A stretch of DNA of 62,896 nt, the filler included, from Octopus bimaculoides (taxonomy: Eukaryota), in NCBI RefSeq assembly GCF_001194135.2. It is 8 parts of 7 records of this genome, joined end to end, with 100 filler letters (N's around TTAATTAATTAA, not from the genome) between each part and the next. Parts side by side here need not be neighbours in the genome. Positions count along the whole stretch, not along the records: positions 19,728 to 26,728 come from NC_068989.1; positions 26,829 to 39,937 come from NC_068995.1; 6 more parts are not named here. The stretch is one strand, 5' to 3'. How positions within the stretch are numbered: position 1 is the first letter of the stretch; the number at the start of each line of letters is the position of its first letter. Positions 23,288-35,239 of the stretch are shown here, piece after piece. The translations under genes and the position numbers were made by a program. The notes below the pieces were generated by a model. It saw only the letters and a list, made by a program, of their open reading frames with translations. It was not told the origin of the DNA and did no database searches.

Positions 23288-23689
23288 GGTTATTACTGTT
23301 TCACAACCCAATAAGCCTATACTGTCATTTGATGAATAATTTTATAAAACTAAGGAAATTAACATTTATTTTGCTTTATTTTAAAAAAACACATCACCCC
23401 CAAAATTAAGAAATTGATCACCGCTTTTGACCCAAATCATGCAATTTCTAGTGGGGTTCATACTGCCTGCTCAAGTTTTTACCAAACTTGGTGCGCTGAC
23501 TCAATGCAATGCAGAAATAGTATATCTGAAATTTCAGCTTTCTAGTTGAAGTAGTTTCGGAGTAATGGGCTTTTAAAACTATAATCACTAGGTGGCCCTA
23601 GATTCACACTTCAGGAAATAATCGGGCGGCGGTGGCGAATGTTTACATCGCATTCGTTATCTACTACCGCCTATCTATCGTGCTTTACC

Positions 23690-24330
23690 CCGGTTCTTGT
23701 CTCATCAGAATTGAGCACTTGCTTTTCCGCTTTTTGGGGGAGGAGACGTATCCCACTGATGAGACTATCCATTTGGTGTCAGTACCGCAGCGTGGAGGAC
23801 TGGACATGCCATGGTTGGTGATGCGCAGATATGTGCTGAGGTGACGATATCTCCAGCTTTTCCTTGACGGTCAGCAGGTTGGTTATCGCTTGTCAGATAG
23901 AGCTGCAATCCTAGACTGACCGAAGACCATAGCTGGGTAACTGGCACCTTGAGTATCGTCAGTCGCTCACAGCCCTCTGCAAGTCGGACCCTGCTGTCAG
24001 AGGATGCTCCAAAAAGATTAGCGGCGGGTAAGGGCGACAACCACCCTGGGATAACTCCATGAAAATCACTTGACTTGCGGGCCAGGGCCGTTGTATAATT
24101 TCCAGAGAGTCATGATACTCCTGGTGCGTCGGGTGGCTCGGAATCCATGGAGTATTTTGATTGCTCCGAAGTGGGAGGGCTGTTGTCTCCTTATTGGGAA
24201 ATGTAAGGTTAATTTTATTACTATTAATTATTGTTTTTTCATTGTTTACTCGGTTTTATGTAAATCCCCGCAGTCCTTTGTCATTATGTTGTCCGAAATG
24301 GTTTCGTCACACACGTGGGCGATAAAGATA
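23690..24330 (+). mobile_element. Tx1/L1-clade LINE fragment (post-RT region and 3' end, decayed)
   Basis: IEHLLFRFLGEE...PQRGGLDMPWLVMRRYVLR*RYLQLFLDGQQ matches the LF.FLW...P..GGL.(M/L)P motif downstream of L1/Tx1 RT; T-rich 3' region. Confidence 0.6.
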
Positions 24331-24341
24331 GAATTATTATT

Positions 24342-24376
<35 letters not shown>

Positions 24377-24380
24377 TATC

Positions 24381-24595
24381 AAGGCGGTGAGCTGGCAGAA
24401 TCGTTAGCATGCTGGACGAAATGCGTAGCAGTATTTCGTCTGCCGCTACGTTCTGGGTTCAAATTCCGCCGTGGTCGACTTTGCCTTTCATTCTTTCGGG
24501 GTCGATAAATTAAGTACCAGTGAAACACTGGGGTCGATATAATCGACTAGTCCCCACCCCACAAATCTGAGGCCTTGTGCTTCCAGTAGAAAGGA
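24381..24595 (+). mobile_element. SINE family A, tail type 1, CpG-intact
   Basis: aaggcggtgagctggcagaatcgttagc...gggttcaaattccgccgtggtcgactttgcc...ggccttgtgcttccagtagaaagg. Confidence 0.95.
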
Positions 24596-24816
24596 ATATC
24601 ACTATTATTATTATTATTGATAGTCTTTGCACAGCTTCCAGCGCTGGAGATGTCCTACGGTGCCAGCTGTTCACTACCATGAACTAAGGTAATACCCCGT
24701 ATTTTTCGAGCACCATCCAGAATATTCGAGCGGTTCCAAGCAGTGTTGTTTTCTGCAAGTGCTCCACCCTTACTGCATCCCCTATTTTTTATTATTATTA
24801 TTATTATTATTATTGG

Positions 24817-25036
24817 AAGGCGGCGAGCTGGTAGAATCGTTAGCACACCGGGCGAAATGCTTAGCGGCATTTCGCCCGTTTTTACGTTTTGAGTTCAAAT
24901 TTCGCCGAGGTCGATTTTGCATTTCATTCTTCTGGCATCGATGATAAAATAAGAACCAGCTGAATGCTGGGGTCAATGCGATCGACTTACACTCTCCTCT
25001 GAAATTGCTGGCCTTGTGCTAAAATTTGAAATCAAT
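24817..25036 (+). mobile_element. SINE family A, tail type 2
   Basis: Full head and central domain; tail ctggccttgtgctaaaatttgaaatcaat. Confidence 0.93.
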
Positions 25037-25417
25037 GTTATAGGGCAGTGTCCGTGTAGGGGTGTGGACAGGAGAGCTTTTGCCACCTTCTACTGGAATG
25101 TTACAATAAAACAGATGAGAGAAAGGTAAGGCCGCAGAGCATCTAAGATGAAATAAATCGGTTGACATAGAATAAAGAAGAGAATTTCCTGGAGAGTCTC
25201 AGATTATTGAATTGCGTCATCGGTTGGCAGAGAGATTTGGTAAGTTTAAGGCAGGATTATAATGTCATTGCTTCTTTTAATATAACCCAAAAGAGAGAGA
25301 GGGCAATAGATGGGAGAGAGAGAAGGGAAGAGAATGGGAGAGAGAGAGGAAGAGAGACGTGTTTGTAGTACTTACCATTAAAAATGATTAACGAAATAAG
25401 CATTATTATACGTGAAG

Positions 25418-25527
25418 CCACGTGAAATAAAGTGTCTTGCTCAAGAACACAACGCGTCGTCGAGAATTGAACTCACGACCTTACGATCGCGATCCTAATG
25501 CACGTACCACGAAGCCACGAGCCTTCA
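25418..25527 (-). mobile_element. SINE family C, head and CORE-like segment
   Basis: aaataaagtgtcttgctcaagaacacaacgcg...aattgaactcacgacc, homologous to 22625-22745. Confidence 0.8.
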
Positions 25528-25546
25528 CTGTATAATATAAAGCTAT

Positions 25547-25722
25547 AAGGCAACAAGCAGCATTTCGTCCGCCTCTACGTTTTGAGTTCAAATTCTGCCC
25601 AGATCGACTTTGCCTTTTATCTTTTCGGGATCGATAAAGTAAGTACCAGTTGAGCACTGGGGTCAATGTGATCGACTTCCTCCTCCCCAAAATTCCAGGC
25701 CTTGTGCCTAGAGTAGAAAGGA
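25547..25722 (+). mobile_element. SINE family A with deleted head, tail type 1
   Basis: aaggcaacaagcag joined to catttcgtccg...; central domain and tail intact. Confidence 0.88.
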
Positions 25723-25964
25723 TCATCATCACGTGTTCAACGCGTCAGTTCTACATAAGAGAATTGTGCTGCGGCAACGGTGAAGCTTTTCCTTGTTCGG
25801 TTCAGGTGGAGACTACTTCGCTCCCTCACACGTCTCTCAACTACACTGCACTGAACGGATGATATGCAACGGCAACATAATAAGAATGCACCGTATAGCT
25901 TGTTTCTTCAAAGTAATAAAGAAAGAAAACTGTGATGTTGTTGTTGCCTTCATCTTTTACTAAC

Positions 25965-26184
25965 AATATTGCTTTCAAATTTTAACACAAGGCCAGCAAT
26001 TTGGGGGGGAGGGGATAAGTCTATTACATCGGCCCCAGTGCGAAACTGGTACTTATTTTATCGATCCCGAAAGGATGGAAGGCAAAGTTGACCTCGGCGG
26101 AATTTGAACTCAGAGTGTAGAGACGGACTAGATGCCGTTAAGCATTTTGTCCGGCGTGCTAGCCATTCCGCCTGGTCACCGCCT
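25965..26184 (-). mobile_element. SINE family A, tail type 2
   Basis: Reverse complement of the A consensus. Confidence 0.9.
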
Positions 26185-26302
26185 GAAATCCTTTTCTAAC
26201 AATATCAACGAAAACAATGAAAGTGAATTTGTTGAAAATGGATTCAACTGTCTTCAATACTTTGTCATCGAAACAGTTTGTCATCGCAGCACATTCCGCG
26301 TA

Positions 26303-26526
26303 ATATACTGCTTTTAAATTTTAACACAAGGCTAGCAATTTTGGGGGGAGGGGAGAAATCGATTATATCGACCCCAATTGCTAAACTGGTACTTATTTTA
26401 TCGACGCCGAAAGGATGAAAGGCAAAGTTGACTTCGGCAGAATTTGAACTCAGAACATAAAGACAGACGAAATACCGCTAAGCATTTCGCCCGACGCGCT
26501 AACGATTCTGCCAGCTCGCTGACTTA
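26303..26526 (-). mobile_element. SINE family A, tail type 2
   Basis: Reverse complement of the A consensus; head abuts an (AAT)n tract. Confidence 0.92.
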
Positions 26527-26532
26527 AAAAAA

Positions 26533-26565
<33 letters not shown>

Positions 26566-26566
26566 T

Positions 26567-26728
26567 AGCAAAATGTGGAATCTGAAGACGAAAACAATAC
26601 CTATTGTCATAGGTGCCCTGGGAATGACAGCGAAACGGGCTGATTACTACCTAGCTCAGATACCAGGAAACCCCAAAATGGCTGAAGTCCAAAAGATAGT
26701 GCTCATGGGAACTGCCCATATCCTACGT
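26567..26728 (+). mobile_element. R4/Dong/Rex6-like non-LTR retrotransposon, 5'-truncated C-terminal RLE fragment
   Basis: MWNLKTKTIPIVIGALGMTAKRADYYLAQIPGNPKMAEVQKIVLMGTAHILR matches the R4-clade C-terminus (V.IGALG...QIPG...VQK...GTA.ILR). Confidence 0.85.
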
Positions 26729-26772
26729 NNNNNNNNNNNNNNNNNNNNNNNNNNNNNNNNNNNNNNNNNNNN

Positions 26773-26784
26773 TTAATTAATTAA
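26773..26784. other. Scaffold-join spacer TTAATTAATTAA
   Basis: Same 100-bp construct. Confidence 0.95.
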
Positions 26785-27064
26785 NNNNNNNNNNNNNNNN
26801 NNNNNNNNNNNNNNNNNNNNNNNNNNNNGTTTTCTCTTTCTCTTTCTCTTTCTCCCTCTCTCTCTCGTCTTATGTCTTCTCTCCTCCCTTTCTCTCTCTC
26901 TCATCTACACACACATACACACACACACCCATTCTCTCTTCCGACGGTCAACCGTGGATACCCACCTCACCGAGGTATGTATCAAAAGGTACATATATAT
27001 TTAATTTGCGAGTGTATTTGTGTGTGTGTGTGTGTGTATGTATGTGTTTTTGTGTGTGTGTGTT

Positions 27065-27099
<35 letters not shown>

Positions 27100-27702
27100 A
27101 TCTATGTGTGCATAAACGTGTTTATCATTGTATTTGTGTTTGTCCACGCACATACCCCACGCACACATCTTCACAATCGGTGTTCGTTTGTTTACGACAC
27201 CAAAACCGAATGTCTCGGCAAAAGAACAAGTAGAAGAACCACATAAATAAAAAGAAAAAATAAACACGTGAGTCTATTTCCTTGACTGAAAACCCTTCAG
27301 TGTGGCACCCCCATGATGGTTGCAGTCCAATAACTGAAACAAATTGAAGAGAGAAAAAAAAATTGATTCCATACACACCACATAATACTTTCGAGTTGCT
27401 TTGCACTAATCACAACGGAACCATAATTTAATTAAGCAGACATTTTGGTTTGTAATCAAGTTATCGTATTTGGTTTCGAATCACTCCATAGCTAGACATT
27501 TACACTTATAACTCAGCAGGTGACTAAATTATGATGACAGAATTGGAAACAACGACATCTTTAATCTTTGTATTGAAAACTTTTGGTCAGCTGCGTCTCA
27601 GTTAACAGTTTCACACCAAATACCTTCTACAATGTGTGATGGAACACACATTGACACACGTTCTCCATATATAATGATACAATCATACACGCATAAATAT
27701 AT

Positions 27703-27743
<41 letters not shown>

Positions 27744-28204
27744 CACATATATACATAAATATATACATACATATATGCATACGTTCATACATGCATGCGT
27801 ACATACATACATACATAAATACATATATAGATAGGTGCATACAAACACACATACATACATACATACACTCACACATACAAACACACATACATACATACAT
27901 ATATGCAAACAAATCTACACACATCTATCTATTTAATTATTTATCTCACCACTCCCACGTGAGTAGAATTGGGAGGAGATATTACCCACATTGCTGGAGG
28001 CCTTGTCACGATTTCCGGTCAACTGACGAAACAGATAGCCCCCATCACACCGCCTCCCTGTCTCACCCCTATCCATATAGGGGATCGGGTGTTTTATTGG
28101 TCCTTAAAATGTGTCACTTCTTTTGACTTGATTAAAACTTATGTCCTAATGACAGGTGATTCCACAATGGGCTAATTGTCTGCCGCATCTTGTAATTTTT
28201 TTTT

Positions 28205-28705
28205 GTTGTGGCTGTTGTTGTTGTTGTGGTGATGGTGGTGGTGGCGGTGGTGGTGGTCGTGGTGGTGGTCGTGGTGGTGGTCATGGTGGTGGTGGTCGTG
28301 GTGGTGGTGGGTTTTTGGTGGTGGTGGTGGTTTGGGTCGGGACATTGTCAAATGGGGAATAGTGGTGACGGTGTTGGGGATTGTGTTGGTAGTAGTGGTG
28401 GCGGTGATGGCGACCGTAATGTTAGTGTTTGTGATGGTGCTGCTGGTGGTAGTGGTGGCGGTGGTGGTGGTGGTGGTGACCGTAATGGTAGTATTTATTG
28501 CTTATGTCTTCCTTGTGGTGATGGTAGTGCTGATGGTGGTGATAGTTGTGATGGTGGTAGTGGTGATGGTGGTAGTGATGGAGACTCTAATTCCAGTGCT
28601 ACAGTGTATGTGGTAATTATGTTAGTGGTGGTCGTGGTGGTGTCGGCAGCGGCAGTGGCAGTAAAATTCGTGATAGTGGTGGTGGTGGTTCTTGGTGGTG
28701 ACTGA
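28205..28705. repeat. Degenerate (GGT)n-rich low-complexity tract
   Basis: Direct reading. Confidence 0.9.
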
Positions 28706-28796
28706 GGCAAATTTGACGCTGTTAATGTTCTAACCATGGTCGTGCCGGTTAGTATTTATTACGTCTGTTATTGTTGTTATTACTAGTATTATTTAG

Positions 28797-28997
28797 AAGG
28801 AAGCGAGCTGGCAGAATCGTTAGCACACGGGGCGAAATGCTTCGCGACCTTGAGTTCAAATTCCACCGAGGTCGACTTTGCTTTTTATTCTTTCTGGGTT
28901 GATGAAATAAGTACCAGTTACGTAATTGAGGTCGACGTAATAGACGATCCCCTCCCCCCCAAAGTTTCAGGCCTTGTATCTTTACCAGAAAGGATAT
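28797..28997 (+). mobile_element. SINE family A, tail type 1
   Basis: aaggaagcgagctggcagaatcgttagc...caggccttgtatctttaccagaaagg. Confidence 0.9.
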
Positions 28998-29008
28998 TAA
29001 CATTATTT

Positions 29009-29160
29009 AAGCTGTGAGCTAGCAGTATCGTTACGGCACCGGGGAATGTAATTTACGGCTTATTTTCCGACTTTACGTTCTAAGTTCAAATGCCGTCAAG
29101 GTCGACTTTTCTTTTCACCCTTTCGGGGTTTGATAGAATAAGCATCATTTGAGCATTGGT
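29009..29160 (+). mobile_element. SINE family A, 3'-truncated tandem neighbour
   Basis: aagctgtgagctagcagtatcgtta...aagttcaaatgccgtcaaggtcgactt. Confidence 0.8.
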
Positions 29161-29395
29161 GGTGGTGGTGAGATGAAGGTATAGTATGGATAGTATCACG
29201 AATAGTCATATTATTCTTCTTTTTGACCATGTAATAAGTGTATGATACACCCACCCAATTATAATACACTTATTATATAACGGTAACTGTAATGTAAAAA
29301 TTACAACTTGTCACATAGCGTGCTTTATGCTACGGTTACATTTACCATTGAAGTCTTCGGATATATGCACGTTTAATTCAGGAGCAGATAATTCC

Positions 29396-29468
29396 ACGCT
29401 GCAATTGTTTTCGTTCCATCACACGATCTCAGATCAGGTCACTTGCTATGCAAGTACATCTCCGTAAT
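29396..29468. repeat. Second copy of the right end of the 12178-12528 foldback element
   Basis: 67/73 identity to 12456-12528 by hand alignment. Confidence 0.85.
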
Positions 29469-29810
29469 AAGTATATTCAAATTATGAAAATGATAAAAAC
29501 AAAAAGTATACAGGACAGTACTGTTTCTACTTCGCAGATTTTCACCTATCGTGGTGGTGGTGGGGGTGGAAAATAACACCCGCGATAGTCGAGGGATTAC
29601 TGCATATGTGTGTGTGTGTGTCTATGAGCGTGCGCATATATGNNNNNNNNNNNNNNNNNNNNNNNNNNNNNNNNNNNNNNNNNNNNNNNNNNNNNNNNNN
29701 NNNNNNNNNNNNNNNNNNNNNNNNNNNNNNNNNNNNNNNNNNNNNNNNNNNNNNNNNNNNNNNNNNNNNNNNNNNNNNNNNNNNNNNNNNNNNNNNNNNN
29801 NNNNNNNNNN

Positions 29811-30157
29811 GCCTTTAGTCGAGCAAATCGACCCCAGGACTTATTCTTTGTAAGCCTAGTACTTATTCTATCGGTCTTTTATGCCGGACCGCTAAGTTGC
29901 AGGGACGTAAACACACCAGCATCGGTTGTCAAGCGATGTTGGGGGCAGGGGGCAAACACAGACACACAAACACACACACACACACACATATATATACATA
30001 TATACGACGGGCTTCTTTCAGTTTCCGTCTACCAAATCCACTCACAAGGCTTTGGTCGGCCCGAGGCTATAGTAGAAGACACTTGTTCAAGGTGCCATGC
30101 AGTGGGACTGAACCTGGAACCACTCCTGGGAGTGAACTACTTACCACTCCTGCACCT
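29811..30157 (-). mobile_element. SINE family B (tail lost in gap)
   Basis: Matches 16021-16422 and 44108-44375. Confidence 0.92.
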
Positions 30158-30679
30158 ATATAAATATATAACGATTTCCCGAGGGTAGATATTGTGAACA
30201 GATTTCGGTTCTCAGTTTGGTGCAATTTAAACGTATGTAAACCAATATTTTTCCCTTGAGAACTCTCTGTGTATGAACGACACAAACTCTTTACATCACC
30301 ATCGTCCATAAATTGTAGCATTTCTGAATAAACAACAGGAACTCTATGAATTCATCGCTCACGAAGAAATGAAAGCATCACACATGCGATGGGCAGCTGG
30401 TCATTACAATTTACGGCGTTTAAATTTAAATCTCGAGTTTCCAAGATCAATTCCCCGTGGAGTCGAGAAGATTTAAACTCCAAAGATTCTGATGTTACTT
30501 TTTTGCATAACATTCTTATATTTATGAGGTGTTTTGTTCAATATAGAGGTGTTTTCTTTCTAGTGTGCAAGTCTTGTTTTTGTTTTTTCAAGTCATTGGG
30601 TACCTGGGTATTGAGCATGACGTAAGATGAAGGAGATGCCGATGTTGAGGGGGAAGAGGAAGAGGAGAAAGATTGTGGG

Positions 30680-30783
30680 TGGTAGTAGTGATGATGATAA
30701 TAGCGATGGTAAGGATTGGTGGACAAAAGTTATGAAGATAGTAGTGATGGTGATATTGGTGGTGGTGTTTATGCTGCTGCTCC

Positions 30784-30818
<35 letters not shown>

Positions 30819-31630
30819 GTGACGACTGTGGTGGGGGTGGTAGTATGTAATTGTAATGGCAACGGTATCCTCCTCATCATCATCAGCAGCAGCAGCATCA
30901 CCACTTTCCACACCCTCCTCATTTTCCTCCTTCTTTATATTCTTCTTCTTCTTCTTCTTCTTCTTCTGTTTCTTCTTCTTCTTCTTCTTCTTCTTCTTCT
31001 TCTTCTTCTTCTTCTTCTTTTGCTGTTAATGCTACGACCTCTTATTCTTAACCCTTTCTTTTTCATTTTCTCCTCTTCTTTCATCTCTGCTCGTTCTCTT
31101 CTCATCCACCTCCATCACTTTTATTCTTCTCCTGCTCCTCCTCCTCTTTCATTGTCCTCTTACTCTTTTCTTCTTTCATACATTTCTTCATCATTCTCGA
31201 CACTTCTTCCCTTCCATATTTACGGCTGCCTCTCCGTCGTCTCATTTTTTTTGTTCACTTTATTTCTTTTACTCTTAAAATATCACCTCACACCGCCTCC
31301 ACCACTACCGCCACCACCAACGCCACACCATAACATCACCACTACCACCGCCACCACGTTACTATCACCATCACTACAACTACCATTGCCACCACTAACG
31401 GAATCACCTCCACTACAACCAACACTACTACTACTACCACTATCGGCACCAACACCACTAGCGGAACCACCACCACCACTACCATCACCACTAAAACCAC
31501 CACCACCACAACTACCACCACCATCACTACCATACCCATCACCACCAATAAAACTACCACTATCATCACATCCACAATCACCACTACCACCACCACAACC
31601 ACAACCACCGTCACCGCCTATTGCATACAC
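30680..31630. repeat. Compound low-complexity region: (GAT)n, (CTT)n, degenerate (CCA/CTA)n
   Basis: Direct reading; explains the 349-aa pseudo-ORF. Confidence 0.9.
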
Positions 31631-31941
31631 AGCTCTCACCAAGAATAACACCCTTAACAATAATATTGGTCAATGAGACAACAATCATTTGAACAGCAAT
31701 AACGACAGCAACAAACACAAAGACAACAACCACAATAACCACAAAAAAAAAAAAACAGCCCCAGTCCCAACCGTAACCGCCGAATATCTCTCTACACCAC
31801 AACAGTATCAATGTGTAGATGAATCTAAGGGTAGCACAACAATAATAGGCAATGGCATAATACACAGGAAGAGAGAGGTGAAGAGAGAAAGGAGAAAGGA
31901 AATAGGGGAGAGCGTTACGAGGAAGAACCTTTTAAACTCAC

Positions 31942-31993
31942 CTTCAATAATCTCTGCCTATGCGGGCATTGGGGGAGGATCTCGTTCTCCAGT
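31942..31993 (-). CDS. Candidate coding exon (xLENEILPQCPHRQRLLK)
   Basis: Acceptor ttcattaatctatttatag, consensus donor AAG|gtgagt, 52 nt with exactly one open frame; protein not recognised. Confidence 0.35.
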
Positions 31994-32060
31994 CTATAAA
32001 TAGATTAATGAAGTTTTCGGCGGTTATGCGTATTAATGTGCGTGGGTGCACGTGTGTCAA

Positions 32061-32148
<88 letters not shown>

Positions 32149-32341
32149 TTTATGTGTTTGTGTGTGCGTGTGTTGTTTCTTTAAAACAATAGTGCTGATA
32201 GGCTAAGAGGTCCGAGGAAGGCTATACAGGCCGGAACTCCGAAGTCACTGTCAAAACGATTCTTGTTAAAGAATGATAAATAAGCACTCTACAAAAAAGT
32301 ATACAGTTTCATGTAAAAATGTTTTTATTATAACTCGACAT

Positions 32342-32532
32342 AAGGCGGCGGAACTGTTAGCACGCTGGCCGAAATGTTTAGCAGTATTTCTGAGTTCAAA
32401 TTGCGTCGAGGTCGACTTTACCTTTCATCCTCTCGGGGTCGATAAATTAAGTACCAGTTGATTACTGGGGTCGATATAATCGACTATCCCTCTCTCCTAA
32501 ATTTCAGGCGTTGTACCTATAATAGAAAGAAT
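32342..32532 (+). mobile_element. SINE family A, tail type 1
   Basis: aaggcggcggaactgttagcacgctggccgaaatg...ttcaggcgttgtacctataatagaaag. Confidence 0.9.
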
Positions 32533-34369
32533 GGATAGAATTATAACTCGACATAAAACAAACATTTTATATTATGTTATATCATATATATATATCGTAG
32601 CTATTATGCAAAAGTGTCGTAAGTCCAAAACGTTGCTTTTTCAGAAAACAGGATAATAGTTTAACCATTTCATTTCAGCTTAAAAATAATACTTTGTTGG
32701 GTGCATGAAATCGTAACTTCATGCATGTATGATATTTTCATGCAGAAATATTTTTTGCGAAAATGTCCTAAGTGGGAATTACTACAGTGTTAAAAGATGA
32801 TAAACTACACGTTGACAATTTTCATATTTTGGCACCTGAAACAGTTGGAGATACGATAGTTTGGACCAAAAGAACCAGCTACTCCAAGCAAAATTAAATA
32901 TTGCAAAAAAAAGAGTATATATATACATACATAATACTGATATATATATATATATATATATAAGTATATATATATATATATATATATGCATATATGTGCA
33001 CACATATACATGCATGCACATGTGTGTGTGTATGTATGTGTGTGTGTGCGTGTGTGTATGTAAGATGGTGAAAGCAAATTCATACGGGTGGGTGCCATAG
33101 ACTGATTGAATTGATTGTCAGTTTAGGAAATTAAGACAGCATTAGAGAGAGAAGAGGAGGAGGAATCGGAGTATGAAGACAGACAGACAGACAGAACGGG
33201 TAGAGGCAGGGAGAAGGGATATTGGACTGATAATAAGTTAGCCTGGACTTAAACGTGGACGTCTGCATGGATGAAGGAAATGGTGTTTGGTTTGATGGTT
33301 TGCATGATGGTTGATTTAGATTCTCTGTGTGTGAGGGGGTCACGTCTGGGTCACAGCTTTAGTGGACAGGCGGCCCAGCCTCTCTTCGGATTTTTTTGTT
33401 TACTAGGGATATAAAAATGTTCAAATCCCTTCTGTGATCAAACCCTCATAATGCGGGTTTACTGTCAGCGAGACAGAAAAAAGGACTCTTAGCGAAAATG
33501 ATATTTTATGTGTATGCATGTGCGTGCGTGTGTGTACTTGTGTGTGTNNNNNNNNNNNNNNNNNNNNNNNNNNNNNNNNNNNNNNNNNNNNNNNNNNNNN
33601 NNNNNNNNNNNNNNNNNNNNNNNNNNNNNNNNNNNNNNNNNNNNNNNNNNNNNNNNNNNNNNNNNNNNNNNNNNNNNNNNNNNNNNNNNNNNNNNNNNNN
33701 NNNNNNNNNNNNNNNNNNNNNNNNNNNNNNNNNNNNNNNNNNNNNNNNNNNNNNNNNNNNNNNNNNNNNNNNNNNNNNNNNNNNNNNNNNNNNNNNNNNN
33801 NNNNNNNNNNNNNNNNNNNNNNNNNNNNNNNNNNNNNNNNNNNNNNNNNNNNNNNNNNNNNNNNNNNNNNNNNNNNNNNNNNNNNNNNNNNNNNNNNNNN
33901 NNNNNNNNNNNNNNNNNNNNNNNNNNNNNNNNNNNNNNNNNNNNNNNNNNNNNNNNNNNNNNNNNNNNNNNNNNNNNNNNNNNNNNNNNNNNNNNNNNNN
34001 NNNNNNNNNNNNNNNNNNNNNNNNNNNNNNNNNNNNNNNNNNNNNNNNNNNNNNNNNNNNNNNNNNNNNNNNNNNNNNNNNNNNNNNNNNNNNNNNNNNN
34101 NNNNNNNNNNNNNNNNNNNNNNNNNNNNNNNNNNNNNNNNNNNNNNNNNNNNNNNNNNNNNNNNNNNNNNNNNNNNNNNNNNNNNNNNNNNNNNNNNNNN
34201 NNNNNNNNNNNNNNNNNNNNNNNNNNNNNNNNNNNNNNNNNNNNNNNNNNNNNNNNNNNNNNNNNNNNNNNNNNNNNNNNNNNNNNNNNNNNNNNNNNNN
34301 NNNNNNNNNNNNNNNNNNNNNNNNNNNNNNNNNNNNNNNNNNNNNNNNNNNNNNNNNNNNNNNNNNNNN

Positions 34370-34415
<46 letters not shown>

Positions 34416-34510
34416 AGTGTATCTGTCCCCTTTTGTGAGTGTGTACGTACTTTAAAAACCGCGCACTCACACTAACTGATACGCAAGCTCGCATATACAC
34501 ACACACACGT

Positions 34511-34780
34511 TCTTTTATTCTTTTACTTGTTTCAGTCATTTGACTGCGGCCATGCTGGAGCACCGCATTTGGTCGAGCAAATCGACCCCAGGACTTATTA
34601 TTTGTAAGCCCAGTACTTATTCTATCGGTCTATTTTTGCCGAACCGCTTCGTTACGGGGAGGTAAACGAAACAGCATCAGTCGTCAAGCGATTCGGGGAG
34701 GACAAACACAGCACACAAACACACACACACACATGTATATATTCGACGGGCTTTTTTCAGTTTCACTCACAAGGCTTCGT
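34511..34780 (-). mobile_element. SINE family B, 5'-truncated
   Basis: ttttacttgtttcagtcatttgactgcggccatgctggagcaccgc... Confidence 0.9.
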
Positions 34781-34831
34781 TCCAATTCTTAGAACAGTGA
34801 ATATAGATACATAACAAACGTGTTTGTATGA

Positions 34832-34891
<60 letters not shown>

Positions 34892-35239
34892 CTCTATCTA
34901 TCTATCTATATATATATATATATATGTGTGTGTATATATATATATATATANNNNNNNNNNNNNNNNNNNNNNNNNNNNNNNNNNNNNNNNNNNNNNNNNN
35001 NNNNNNNNNNNNNNNNNNNNNNNNNNNNNNNNNNNNNNNNNNNNNNNNNNNNNNNNNNNNNNNNNNNNNNNNNNNNNNNNNNNNNNNNNNNNNNNNNNNN
35101 NNNNNNNNNNNNNNNNNNNNNNNNNNNNNNNNNNNNNNNNNNNNNNNNNNNNNNNNNTCTCATCAACGTTATTGTACTTCCTACAATTTTCATATACCGT
35201 AATCATTCCTAATTCTAGCTTGTTGATTCGCATGTAATT

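Noticed and set aside
23400-23680. Possible DNA-transposon/MITE remnant (aaatttcagctttctagttgaagtagtttcggag)
   Set aside because: No termini, TSD or second copy in the window to support a call.
23754-23790. CTGATGA-GAC...GTC hammerhead-like start
   Set aside because: No GAAA follows the stem, and it lies inside the Tx1-like coding remnant.
28208-28705. Gly-rich or Val-rich ORFs resembling a structural protein
   Set aside because: Degenerate (GGT)n microsatellite with no signal peptide or exon boundaries.
30627-31676. 349-aa ORF and antisense Gly/Ser-rich ORF
   Set aside because: Stop-free only because of (GAT), (CTT) and (CCA) repeats.
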